Shown here piece after piece: positions 13,001 through 26,800 of a stretch of 64,000 nt of DNA. Every line of letters begins with the position of its first letter. The stretch's first letter is position 1. This stretch comes from Vicugna vicugna (Eukaryota): assembly GCA_013265495.1 (NCBI GenBank), contig MU058065.1, forward strand, positions 5,702,302 through 5,766,301, read 5' to 3'. The notes under the pieces were generated by a model. That model did no database searches. It was not told the DNA's origin and worked only from the letters and a program-made list of their open reading frames with translations. Both the position numbers and the translations under genes were made by a program.

Positions 13001-14609
13001 AGGCACAGGGCCCTCCACCTTGAGAGCCCCTCAGCATCAAAGGGTTGCACCTACACTACCTCTACTACCTTTCTCTGAAAACCCTCCCCCTCCCACTCCA
13101 GACTCTTAACCAGTTATGGTCCCTTCCAAATCTCTTCTTGCAGCTTAGCTCTCTCACTCAGAACTAAGAGATCCAGCATCTTTGTTCACTGCAGTTCAGC
13201 TAGGAGGGGTAGAAACCACCCACGAATCAATACTTCTCCTAACATCTCACTACACTCTGAAGAAAAGAGAAAATTCAAAAATAGCACATCCGGGCCTGCC
13301 TGTGCTGGACAAGTACAGGATTATTCAGAGACCCCCAGCCCAAGGCAGGGTTGGCAATGAGCCTGCTCTAAGTGGGGCTGGCACAGAGGTCCATGCGCTG
13401 CAGGGAAGGGGGAGGCAGTGCGGCCCAGTGGTTTGCTGACAGCCTAGGTTTGAAGTCCTATGAGCCTGGACTCATCAGCTCTCCTCCATTTACTGATGGG
13501 AACTTGGACAAGTCATTCACCTCCTCTAAGCCTCAGTTTCCTCACCTGTAACAAGATGCCACCCACCTCCCATGACCCCTGCGAGAAGACTGTTAGTACT
13601 GAGCTCAGTGCCTGGCAGGTACGTGCTCCCAAAATGAGACCCATCTGTTAGTTCTCAAAATCACACACACTCAGCCAAGCCAGGCTCTGGGGCTCAAAAG
13701 CAGCTTAGCTTGAGTCCTCAGCAGTCCCTCCCCAAGCCCTCTTACCAAGGCCTCTCTACTCAATATGGAGGTCCCACTACTCCCACTGTGTTCATTCTTC
13801 AGTGCAAGAAACAGATCCCCACTCAGGCCCACAGGTCAAGTCAGAATAGGGATGTGTGCAATTAGGACCCTTTCAGTGGCTCATGTTTGACTTAAATCAA
13901 CTTAAGCCAAAAAAGAGAAAAGGAAGGGGTCCTCTTTAGATCACATACCCTAAAATTCCTCTCAGTTCTGTCTCCTTCTCTCTCTCTGCATGGTTGCACT
14001 TTCAGGAAGGCTCTCCCTGCAGGGCCAGCAGCTGCAGGCTCCTCCCCTCAGCAGCCCTCATGGGGGAAATTTGCCTCTTTCTTGGTTGCTCCAGCAAAAG
14101 GCCAGGACCGGGCTTGTTAGCCCAATCCTAAACCGATCATGGTGGCCACGGAGTCAACCCAACCAGGCCCCGGCACTGAGTGAGGCAGTGCTGAGAAGGC
14201 AGGGACGGAAATCACCAGATGCCCACCCCGCAGCCCAGCTCCACACACCCTCTTCTCAGTCACACTGTATTCAGTTCCCCAAGGCCTGAGATTCTCTTTA
14301 GTTCCCAACTGAAATCTGAAAGTGAGACTAACTGGCTCCGCTGTTTGTTAGGCGGTGATTTCCACGCCAGGCCACACGACAGGCGCTGCTGGCTGAGGAC
14401 GGGTGGAGGTGCGGGAGTACTACTTGATCCCATCAGCAAGGGCACAGCAGGGTCAGAGACGGGGTCTCACAGTTCAAACAAGGCTGCTTGGCCTGTCCAT
14501 CAGGGAAGAGCTACGGGTGGGACAGTTTCTGTTAAAAAGAGGCAGCAGACCAGCAGGCCTCAGGAGTGATACCTCCAAGTACACCCCTAACATCTGGAGT
14601 GGAAACAAC

Positions 14610-14615
14610 TTTATT
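14610..14615 (-). terminator. Polyadenylation signal (AATAAA) of STK11IP
   Basis: TTTATT on the + strand about 230 nt downstream of the STK11IP stop codon. Confidence 0.7.
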
Positions 14616-14846
14616 GATACCTGAGAAAAAGTGCAGGACAAACATTCCTACTGATCACTTAGCCCGTCCCCTCGGGCCAGGTCATCCAGAGGCCGACCAG
14701 TCCTTCCGCCCTGCCCTTGAGCTGTGGGTCATTTGGGGCCTCCCTGGCCAGCGCCCAAAGGCGGAAGAAATCCACAGCCAGAGTCTGGAGAGAGAGCATC
14801 TGCAGCCATGGCTCCCGAGGCCGGGGGCGGGGCCTGCACAGCAGCC

Positions 14847-17800
14847 TCACTGGTCAAGGTCTAGACCCTCTTGAGTCACGGTCCTGAGTCCAATGGAAAA
14901 CAATTCCTCCCAGGGCTCCCGGATCCAGGCCAGCAGGGCTGTCAGCTGCTCCGGACACACAACACGGAGTGCCCAAAAGCTCTCCAGCCGGGACACCTGG
15001 CAGACAAGCAGTAGTGAGGTGAGACCCACAGAGGGCCATAGCAGAGCAGGGGGCCAGGGAGGCCTCGGGGACGACCCGCTGCCCTTCCTTGGCTCATGGC
15101 CTCTTCCCTTTCCCAAGCCTGTATCACTCCCTGTGAAAGATCCTGACTCTGAGTTTTTTAAACAGAACCCAATCGACACTGACTGAAGAGCCCCAAAGGG
15201 CTTTCACATTCACCATCTTCTTTGATCCTGTTTCCAGAATGTCAATTCTGGAGTCAATTCCAAGGAATTGCTTGGGGTTCAGTTCCCAGCTCTACAACTT
15301 GTGACTTGGGCACGTCAGTTGACATCCTCAAGCCTCAGTCTCCTCACCTATGATTGGTCTAGTAACTACCTCCTCACGTGGGGGCTGTAAAGATCAAATG
15401 GCTGGCACACAGGCCCAACCAATCACAAACTCAAAGAAGTCAGGTGCTTCACTAGGGCCTCCCAGCTAACCCAAGGCTGGGCAACGAGTCCAGGGTGTTC
15501 CACTGCCTCCCTTCCTGCTGTCCAAACCCCGTGACAGCCCCCCAGCGCCCCACACCCTAATTTTCTGTGTTCCAAATACCACGACTGCCCACGGCAAGTT
15601 CCATACAGCCCCAGTTCCTAGACCCGCTTCCCACACCGCCCACCACCTCCACCCCCACCACACACACACACACTCCCACACCTCGTCATAGAAGACCAGC
15701 CGCAGGTCCTCCGGGGCCACGCGGTAGAGCAGCACGGAGCTCAGGCTGCTGAGCGGCTGCTGCTCCCTGACACGCACTGAAGGGCCTGGCCTGGAGGGCG
15801 GCGCCTTCACAGAGACCTCACCAGACGCTGCTGGAGGAGGGTGCTCTGCCTGGGACCCCGTGGGGTCCTCATCTAACAGGTACAGGGTGCACAGAGTCAG
15901 CAACAAGGACACAGGGCAGGCAGCGGGGCCTGGAGGGAAAGAGGCAGGGTGAGGCCCAAGTGGAAGGCCACAGAGGAGCCCAGATCCCCCAGGGCGGCAT
16001 CCCGGGGCTGCCTGGGAGAATGACCAACTGAGGTGGCCACAACGCGGCTTATGCCTCTGGGGGCCGAGGCCCTCCCTTTCCCAAACCCCAGGGATCTCTA
16101 GCCTCCAAAGCCTCTGAGGCCCAAGACAAAGGGAACCTGCCCCACCACCCATCCGTCAGAAAAAGGACCTGCTCTCGCCTTCGCCAAAAGGATGAGGCAG
16201 AGCAGACCCAGATGATAAGCTTCACATCACAGAAAACCTGGGCCCAAAAGCAAAGGTCTCTGGGCAACAGAGGCCCCAGGGCACCTCCTAGCCCCTCTCA
16301 GAGAGACTGGGAACAAGGAGACTGTTATTCGGGTAGGAAGTCCACATCCCAGCACTGAGAATTGCTACAAGGGCACGGAGAAGTGCTGGGGGACCGGGAC
16401 AGTGACCTCACCTTCAACCAGGAACACCCGTAGGTAAAAGAACCGGGGAGGCTCCGAGGAAGAGTCTCTCTCCAGCAATGGCCTAGGGGGAAGGCGGCAG
16501 GCCCAGGAAGAAGAGATCAGCCGGGGGGTGGGAAGTACGCAAGGGGGGAAGAGCAGAAGGCCAGGCCTGGGTCAGGAGGCATGGGCGGGAGGACAGGTGG
16601 CAGGCCCGGGTGCTCAGGGCGTGCTCAGGGCCTGCCGAGGGCCAGGGCTTGCGGAGAGAGGGCCTGTGCTCCAAGAGCCGCCGCCTGGGCCTCAGCCCGG
16701 CCTCCACCTCCTAGCCACTCACCAGAGCCGGTGCTTCGGGGTCACCTCCTCTTCCGTGGTGCTGACGCTGCTCCTCCGAGTGGGGGGCAGAGACTGCAAG
16801 ACATCTGGACAGAGCCAGCCAGGGACAGGGAGCCCTCAAAGACTCCATCTCTTCCATCCCAACCTCTCAACACCTTCCCAATCTCCGCACTGCTAGATTT
16901 CAGGAACTTCCAAGAGGGACGAGTCCTGTTACCTGGCTGTCTCCATCGTGGGCGCCGCACTTGGGCACTGTGGCCCTCGGCCCCCACCCCACCCTCCCTC
17001 CTCCCCCTTCCCTCTCTCACCAGCGAGCTCCTCCAGGAAGGCCCGGCAGTGCTTGGCATCTCGGGGCAGCAGGACACAGCTGCCCGCCCCAGCCGCCCAC
17101 TCCAGCCACAGGCTCTGTCCTGCCAGGCCCAGCTCTATGCTACTCAGATCCTGCAGGGGGACGGCCAGGGTCAGCTGCAGCCAGCTAGCCGGAGGCCCGC
17201 TGGGGAGACAGTGAGGGCAGAGTGGCAGAAAAGAGTGAGAGCAGAGTGAGACCACGGAGGCCCAGACCCTTCCCTGACCGCGGCCCTGCTCACTCACCAG
17301 ATCTCCCCTGTCACCTTCAACACATAGAGCCTGTGATCAGACACGACCACAAGACACAGAAACTCCCCAGGGTGGCCTGTCAATGCCACTGGCACCTAAG
17401 GGGAAGAGGATGTTGATGAGAAACAGGACTAGGGAGGCAGCTGCCAACCTGAGAGCTGGCTACTCGTGACAGGGCCTGGGCCCAAGTCCTCACGGGTCAC
17501 CCACCCCAGCCATGCTCTCCACCCCACAGCCCCGCCTGCACTCAGACCTGCGTCAGGCTCTTGGCAGGTTTCCCTGCCTGTTATTTTGCCCCCTCCAACC
17601 CATCCTCCACCCCCTGACAGAACGACTGTCCCCAAACACAAAATCAATCAACACCTCCCTGCTTCCAAGCCTTCAGTGGCTCCTGCAGGCCACAGATCAA
17701 GTCCACACTCCTTGGCAGTCACAAGACAATGCTCTGAAACCACCCTTGCCTGCCTGTTCATACTCCTCCGGGACACTTGCCCCCACACCACCCCCAGCTG

Positions 17801-20800
17801 CCCCAATCACGGCCAGTTCTCCCCACTAGCTAATCTCTCAGACCTCCGTGATTTGCTGCTTCCTTTTCCCAGAACATTCTTTTCCTCCCTCCTCTGTAAC
17901 TCATCCTTCAAGACCTGGATTAGCCATCATCTGCAGGAAGGAGAGGCTTCCTGGCCCACTCAGCCTGGACTGACTGCCCCTCCAGGGCCTGAGCCCGACT
18001 CCGGCACTTTCACACAGCATCACAGCTGTCTGCTCCTCATGCCAGGATAGAAGATGGAGGGCCAGACTGATGTACGCTATCTCCCTAGTGTCATGCCAGT
18101 GCTAGGAGTGCCACGAGAGGGTCCGATAGCCGTGTGTATTCACAGTAACAGAGGAGGCCCCGTTTACTGAGCCCCAGGGGCCTCGCTAGGCAGCCCTCAG
18201 ACATCAGCTCTCACATGTGTTCCATACTCCTTTACTGTAGCTATTATCATCCCCGTGGCAGACAGGAAACAACAGAGACTCAAGTACCAAGGAGCATGTC
18301 CACAGCCACACTGAGAGCAACTGCCAGGGTTCAAGCTGGAAGCCAGACTGGGTGGCTCCAGAGTGACTGCTCAGACATAGTTGGCTGCAGTGGAAACAGA
18401 CAGACACCCTGTCATTTGGGGGCACAGAGCAGAGCCAGGCTGGCACAGACCTTGAGGCAACACTGGAACTCCTCCTGGGCATCGGTGAACACCTCGACGT
18501 CCAGGAAGAGCCGGAGTCGGTGGTCCACAGAGCGAAGGCCACAGCGCTCAGAGGCTGGGGGCAAGTGGTGGGCCGTCAGTCTGTCCCCACTGCCCCGGTC
18601 CCAGCTCCCTCCCCCAAACAGCACCCCTGTCTCTCTTGGCCTATACTCACGGGGGCTGAGGCTCCAACTGTGGTGGTCATGGGAGACTGGAGCCTGAGAT
18701 GGGGCACTGCTGGTGTGGTCGCTGTGGCCAGGAGGGTCATGGACAGCACTGGGGGACTGTGAGGGGGCTGGAAATTGCTCTCCCGGTCTCTGCTCCCCAC
18801 TGGGGGTTCCCCGGGACACAGCCAGGAGAACCACGTGATCACTACCACAGTTTGGACACACAGCAGGCGATTCTGGAGGGGAAATGGGCATGGTCCCCAT
18901 GAACCCCGCTGTGTGTCACCACACCCCCTACCATGCTCATAACACACACACACACACCCCCACCCCACTCTTAGGCCCACCTGGGCCCACATTTTCAGCT
19001 TCATATACCACCCACCTTCCTAAACCACCTGATGACCTCCACAGGCCCAGCTGTTGACCAGTCGCTCCCCAGCCCAGTGAGGGATGAGCAACCCAAAACC
19101 ACAGCCCACAGCCTCCTTAAAATACACTCATCCTTCTCATTTCAGGCCCTCTAAGGAGTGGGTCAAACACAGACAAGCCCTGCTCTAGGCCCCTCCCTCA
19201 GCCTTGGGCTGGGCGTGTACTTGATGTCTGAAAGCCCCAAATCAACAGGTGGGGAAGGCAGGGGGCCAGATAAGGGTCCAATTCCAAGCTCCGTCTCTTG
19301 AATGCTGTCATCTAAGCAACTGTGACAAGTCACCTAAGCACTCTGTGCCTGGCTTCTCATCTGTGAGATGGGGATGATGACAGTGTCTATCCTGGACGGT
19401 GGTCAGGATGAGCAAATGGAATCAGGTAATGGAATCCAGGACACGGATCAGCGACAAGACAGGAAATATTCTTTGAGAAGCTACGACAAGCTGGGGACAG
19501 GCTAGACCTTTTGACAAAAACTCCCCCAATTCCACATTGCACATGAGGAAGATAGATGACATCACTAACGCACCCACCCAAGACCACAGGTCTAGGGGTC
19601 GTGGTGGCAGCTGCCATCTGCGGAGGACCTTGGTTCTGCGCCAGGCACTGTGCCTGGTGCCGTTTAGTCACATTTAAACCTCCTAACATCACAGGGCACA
19701 TTCATTCTCTTTCTTGCTCAGACAGAGTAACGAAGGATCAAATCAAAGGAGAATGGAGCACACAAGAATGTTCACAACTAATGCCACCATCAAAGGGACC
19801 CCGGGGCCACATGACGCATGGAGTACAGACAGGGTCCGGGACGAGGTGGGGCTATTTCTGTTGCACACTCTGTGCCACCGGGCCTCAGGAGCCTGTGGCC
19901 ACCCGGGTAGGTTCAGGGTCAGGAAGGGAGAGGGCTGTTTTCTGGGTAAAATTTAAACCCTTGCTCTATTGGCTGCCAAGAAGAGAAAAGTGAATAACAA
20001 AAATCATACATTTCAACATAGGTGTTATCAAGAATACTTCTTTCTTCCTCAGTGTCTTCTGAGGACGGTTTTTTGACTGGTCTACAATGGAAAATCTCTC
20101 ATCTTGAAGAATAGAACAAGAGATGCCCCGAGGTGCTCCTCGGTATCAAGTAGCTCACAAGGTCAGTCAGGGAGGACAACCTAAGCCGACTCCCAGAGCA
20201 TCCTACTCAATGGCCAGACAGCCCAGCACTGCAGGGAGGGCTCACTGGGCTTTATGCAGTTTCTGAAATATTAGCCAGAAAAGGGGGGAAAAGCCTCCAA
20301 GTTATGAAAAAATAATGAGTACACTTGAACAGCTACAGAGATTGTATTTCCTGACTTTTAGTGGGGAGAAGATGTAATTTTTTCTTTTTTTTGTTTTTTT
20401 GTAAATGTGGCAGGCAGATGGTTTTAATTTTTCCTCCAGGCAGAAAAGTTGGTCTCCGTCCTTTTCTTCCCTAGGGCTCCCCCTCCACACTCCCTCCCTC
20501 GAAGCCATTTTCCCAGAAGCAGCAGGAGGCGTGCGTGGGGAGGGAGGTCAAGGGCAGGGCCTGTACCTGTCTTCTGGAACAGAGGTCGCCAGCCTTCTTC
20601 ACTGTTCAGGCCCTGCCTGGGCTCCTCTGCCTTGAACTCACGGCCACAACGTAGACATTGGAGTCTGCCCTCCGGTGGATCCCTTGTTCCCCCGAGCTGC
20701 TGCTGAGCTGAGGTGGCTGCTGGGGTCAACACAGCAAGCAGCTCCTGAAAAAGGGTGGGCCAGACCCAGCTGTGAGCAGGACCCCAGCCCTCAGACTTTC

Positions 20801-23800
20801 AATCTCCCCCCGGCCACCTGGGCCCCTGCGCTAGGCCCCGTCACCTGGATGGCTGCCTGGGCATCTGGCTCCAGCACCACATAGCGACGCAGCTGCCGAT
20901 CGGGGCAAATGTAGGAGAAGCGCAGAACAAGGATGGGGCCCCCCGGGCGTGGGTCTGAGCCCTGCTCAGGAAGAGGGGGTCAGAAGGACTCAAGTTCTAC
21001 TGAGAGCATGGAGGAAAACAACCGCTCCGGACTCTGTTCAGATGCTTTTGCTGACAGCCACGCTCTGGCCCAGAAGCTTGCTCCTCAGCCCAGCCTCCCC
21101 AGCCACCTGGGGACCTGCCTTTGCCCCGCAGCTCCTCTCCCCGGCACCAAGCTCAGCAAGAGACCGTGGGAGACGCCCAGCCCGCACCTGGCACCCGACG
21201 CCATGCTGTCGGAGTCGGCTCCTGAAAGAAGCCCAGCACCTCTTCTGGAACCCTCGCTTCCCCTGCTCACCTCGGGCGCTGCTTCTCTCTGGGTCTGGGT
21301 CTCCGCCTCTATGTCAGCTGCCTCCAGACTCTGGAGCTCAAGCCGTTCCAGGGTCCGAGCCGCTTGGAGTTCCACCTCAAACAGGTGGCCAGAAGTGACC
21401 CAGAGAAAGCATTCCCTCCCCCGCACGCCCCCGGGTCCCTCCAGGGGACACACCAACATGGGGCGGCAGAGCTCCACTGAAGAGAGACCAAGAGGGGAGC
21501 CCCGTAAGAAGGGTGACATACCCAAGACTGCCCTCCTGTAGGGTGGCCATCCATCCAAAAGGGGTCAGGTGCCCGCACCTGGGTTCTCCTAACCCTCCCA
21601 GACACGCCACCAGCACCTGGTCCCAGCCTCCCCCGTGGTCACCGAGCACTCACCCTCCACTTCGTTGTGCTCCTGCTCCTCCTCCTCTTCCTCTTCCTCC
21701 TTTCCTCCCTCCTCTTTTCCCTGCTCCTCCACCACCTCCTCCTCCTCCTCCTCCAGTGGCTCCGGCTCCACCCTGACTTCCTCTGCCACTTCCTCTGGAG
21801 ACTCCCTCTCCAGGGGCAGAGAGCCTGGCACAATCTCAGGGCTCGGGACATCCAGGGGCAGGGTGCTGAGGGCAGAGGTCTCAGAGGTCACCAGAACAGG
21901 GGTCCCAGAGGCCTCCAGGTGATTCCTATACTGCAGCCAGTCACAGCCAAATCGTTCTCGGAAACTGTTCATGAGTTCAAGTTCCCGATGTTGCTGCACA
22001 AACCATCCTGGGCAGGTAGGGAAGCGCACAGGTAAGCAAGCCCAGCCCCACCACAACCCTGACAACCCAGCCTCTTCAGAGCGTGCTCCTCAGAGTGAAG
22101 TAAAGGGGGTGTAATGGCAGGGGGAGAGGGAGGTCAGAGAAAGGCCAGAGGCCTCCCCTCGGCAGCATGTCCCAAAGTCTGTTTTACAGAACCCTGCGGT
22201 CACGTGCAACCCTGGAGTGGGCAGCACCTGCTGCTTGGGAGAGTTGAGATACACAGTAGCACGTTTAATGTCCTGAGATGTCCTGGAGGGAGGACACCTA
22301 CATAACCCTGTTTACCCTAGCTTTTCCCAAGCTGATCGAGTCACGGAATCCTCTCATTATATTACCTTCTGACATCCCACAAAATTAACATTCCATGGAA
22401 AACCCTTTGGAAAATGCTGCTTGGGGACAGTCTCTGCTCCTTTCCCCAGACTAAAAGGAAAGAAGAAGGACTAGGAGAGCCGCCACAACGCCCCACTCCA
22501 CCAAAAAGAGAAGTCCTCCTGACTACAAGACTGGAGAGTGCTGGACTGGGGCAGGGGGCAGGACTGACTCACCAGCCGGGGAGGGGTCCAGAGTCCGGGG
22601 CTCCGGGTCTGTATCACTGGGTTCCGAGATACTCGCCCGCCTCACACGGACTCGGCTCTGAGGTTGGGTAGAGGGACCACATTCTATGAAACCCAGGGCC
22701 TCCCACCCTGCCATCTGGGGCCACCTACCTAACTACCCAAAAAATTCACCCACAAGCAAAGATAAGCCCTTACCATTTCCAGCACAGCAGCAACCCAGAG
22801 CCCTCGTAAAGGCAACCAACCCCTAGCACGAGGCAGCCTAGGACACCAGTTACCTTAACCTTACGAACAGGAGGCTGGGCCACAACGCCTCCCGATGAGG
22901 GGCTGTCACTCAGGTCGGGGCCGCCAGAGGTTTCGGTGGTACTCCCCACTGGCCAAGGCAGAGGCAGGGCTGGGGGCCCAAGCCCTGAGGATGTGGAGGC
23001 CTGGCGTGGGGTGACAGGAAGGAGAAGGAGGTTGGAGCCAGGAGAGCACCTCTGCCCTGCCCAAGCTCGGCCTACTTTCCAGCTGACCAAGAAGACCCTG
23101 ACCTGGACAACCGTCTGTTTCCCTCAACTAGCGCCCTCCCTTCATGTCCTCCCAAATCGACTCCACCCCCTTCACTCCCACCACACGAACCTGAAAATCA
23201 GTCAGTGACAAGGCCTTTCCATCAAGAAGGAACTGAGCAAAGATAAAAGGGGAGAGGCGTTGTCAGTGGGGGAGCGCATGCCCTAGAGAGCCTCAAGCTG
23301 GGGCTGGGAGCCCTCCTAGTCCTATAAGGACCACCAGGCTTGGTGGGTGTAATGGCTTAATAAGCAGCGGGATCAAGGCTTTGGCCCTTCACCTAAGGGT
23401 GGGGTGGGGTGGGGAGGGGCAAGAGGGCGCAGGGGTGGGGAGAGGCCTGGGCAGGGAAGGGAAAGCAGAATGGACTCAGAAAGACCACTCACCCCGGCGG
23501 CGGCATCCCTGGCCCGGGGTGACAAGTACTGGGCAGTGGCTGCTCGGTGTGCTGGGTGGAACCACAAAGGATTCCCCTCCAGGTAGAGCTGAGGGGCAGT
23601 AAGAGACTGAGGTGGGCCATGGGCCTCCCTGGGTGAGGAAGGGTGCTGAGCAACTCAGCATGGGAGAGAGGGAAGGAGGGGCATGAAGCCCACCCCCAGG
23701 TCCTCACCTTTCGAAGCTCAGCCAGCAGCCATAGCGGCGACAGCTCCCTGTGTCTTTCCAGCAAGTTGTAGGCCACATCCAGGTGCCGCAGGTTCCGCAG

Positions 23801-26800
23801 CTGCTCCAGGCCTGGGACAGAAGTGAGAAAGGACGGACAAGTGGGCGAGCGAGGCTGGAGGGGGTGTGGGACAGGGTGGGGGCGTGCTGCAGGAGAGCGC
23901 AGCAGAAAGGCCAACCTGGGCATCTCAGACCTGCCCAAAAGCCTGCATGAGGCTCTGGGGGACACACGGGTCCCAGGCCACCCTGAGTCACACAACACTC
24001 CCATCTCCACCCCTATCTGCCCCGCTCCCCCACCCCTTGGCCTCCCCTCTCCCCCACCACATGGCCTCACTCACCATGCAGGCTCTGGAGCTCATTGCCT
24101 CGCAGTATCAGGGTCCCCAGAGCAGCCCCTGAGGGGCCCATTTTCGGCACCAAACGCAGGTGATTATAGGAGATGTCCAGATGGCAGAGCTCAGACAGTT
24201 CCTGGGAGTGGTGGGGGTGATGAAGATTCTCTCCTTGACCAAACTCTAGCCAGGCTCCTCTGAACCCTCTTCTCGACTAGGCCTCAACCTTGACCTATCA
24301 AGACTGCAGACTCTCAACACAAATGATTTCAACCACTCTTCTACCCACTACCTTCACACTAAAAGACTTAAACAAATCTACCACAGTTTCTAATGGCTCC
24401 AGAATGACAACTCCAGCCCCCTGACATTGCTGCCCAGAAAAACTCGAGGCTGCCAGAATTTCATTTGTTTCAGCCAACACCTGAAGAGAGGGCCCCTGTC
24501 TCCCAGCCTCCATGGGAGGGTAAGAGTCTAACTTTGGCAAGTAGCAGCAGGCAAACCCAGACAGGTTTCACGTGGACTGATGCCCCCTTCCTGCTTTTTG
24601 TAAATTTCCACTTCCCTGACTTCAGAGGAACCTGGCTAGAGTTTGGTCACAGAGAGAATCTGCTCAAGGCCCTGCCGTCCACCTCCCCACTCCCTCACTC
24701 TCCCTTGAGAACAGCGGGTTACCTCTGCACAAATCAAACTTGAGTTCAACTCATGCTGAACAGTTTATTACAGATTAGAATAGTTTTACCACTAGTTAAA
24801 TATCATGACAGTTTATTAACATTTTAACTAGTATCCGCTTTTAGCCCTGACAGGGAGACATGGGAGAAGGGTTTTTCATCTTCACCACAAAAGCTACTCT
24901 TTTCTGAGCTAGGTGCTGGGCTAAACAACATCAGATACTCTTCACAGTCATCTTAACACCATAAAAGTAGATACTACTATGATTTACTTTACAGATGAAA
25001 GAACTGAGAGATTAACTAATTTGTCCCAAGTCAAACAGGGATTAGGAGTTGAGATTTAAATGCTGGTTTGTCTTATGTTAGAGTCTGTGCCTCCAAACAG
25101 TACTGCCTCCCCAGATGTGGCTCTATGTGGGGCGGAGTAGTGGGGAGATAGGCAAGAGCAAGTTTAGAGTAAAACCAAGTCCAAGAGAGAGGGTCAGAGG
25201 AGAACAATCAGAGGCCCGTGTGGCACCAGCTCAGCCAGGCTGCTCATACCCACCATCAGGAAGCCCTCGCAGTCCTGGACTTGATTGTGGCTCAGGTTCA
25301 AGAAGCGCAGAGCCGACAAGAGACGCTTGGGGGATGGGAAGAAAAATCAGGAAATTAAACGTCCCTGGGCAGCCAGCTGGCCCTCCCCACTAAAGGCCCA
25401 TCCCTGTTGTTCCCCAAAGCCCCTTCTGAGGCTCACTCACCAGCGAGCTGTCTAAGGCAGTCAGTGCGTTGTAGCTAAAGTCAGCGGAGAGCAGAGCCAG
25501 CCAGGGCAGGGCAGAGCAAAGGTCACCACCGCAGGCTGAGAGGAGCTCCTGAGCAGACAGACGGGGGCTCTTACCTCCACTCTCCCCTCCCCCGATGCCA
25601 AGGCCATGGTCTGTCACCTGCCCAATCATTCACTCTTTAAATACTAAGCTCAGTTGGGAGATGCAGGTTTAAAGAAAGCCCAGGGCCCCAGCCCCAAGGA
25701 GTTCACTGTGGGGAGAGTGGGGAGGCAGACATGAGAATATGGACTACAATATGCTAGGTGGGACTGTAAATATACGGACAGGCACAGAGAGCAGTGGGGG
25801 CACAGCAGAGGGGGCAAGGACACTGTCCAGAGGGAGGCAGGAGGCAGGGAAGGTTGCAGAGAAGGGAGAACGTCGGAACTTGGTCCTCAGTGTCCCTCAG
25901 GACAAGGCATCTGGGCCCATCCCTCACCCTCCTCACCTCTAATGCCTGGAGGCTCCTGCTGCAAGTCAGGGTCTCCAGCTGGGAATAGATACCACGGAGG
26001 CCACGGAGGCAGTGGAGGGGGACACCTCGGAGCTAGGGCAAGGCAAGGGAGGGAGGAAGACTAAAGCTCACAGAAGACAGAATTTTCATCCCCACTTCCC
26101 CTGACAGGGAGGATGGAAAAGATGACAGAGCCACCAATGGTTCAGGGCAGCATTAAATGGAAAAGGGCATGGGTGCCCCATCACTGCAAATCAACGAGCA
26201 CACTCAGATCTGCCCGCCTAGTCCCCAAACAAAAGAGGCCATCTCTCTTTCCCCTCTCTAAAAGGCTGATGGAGTTTTGTGCACCAACATCCCCCATCAC
26301 CCCATACCTCCAGCCGCCGAAGGGACTTGAAGGGGAAAATCTTGATGGGCCCTGGGAGGCCAAGATCTGGGACATGGACCAGCTGAAAGAAAAAACCCTC
26401 AGGTCACAGAGGCTGGGCACATGTCCCCTTCCTTGGCCTCTCTTCCTTAGCACAGCCAGTCACACACACATAGTCTGGATCTGGGCCCTGCAGGCTTCGT
26501 GCATTCATGCCGTACCCCCAGCCCTACCTCCACTACTCTCTTGGGCTTTTTGTACATTCCCACCCCAGAACCTTGAGTGAAAGCGTTTTCTGCAGCACAT
26601 CGAAGAGGAACTGAAGCTGGAGGATGACGGGGGAGTCGGCAGGGTGGGAGGGCAAAGCCACAAAGCCTGTCTGGCCAGGGCCCCATGGCCCCAGGTGCAG
26701 CTCAAATACTTGATTCAGCTGCTGCAGTGTGGCAGTGAACAGGCTCAGTGTGCTACAGCCAGACAGGATCACATCCCCTGCAGGGAGAGGGGCAGACAGG

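Noticed and set aside
20933..21541. 202-aa plus-strand ORF, and other ORFs antisense to exons (e.g. 16581-17249, 48569-49156)
   Set aside because: Antisense shadows of GC-rich coding exons.
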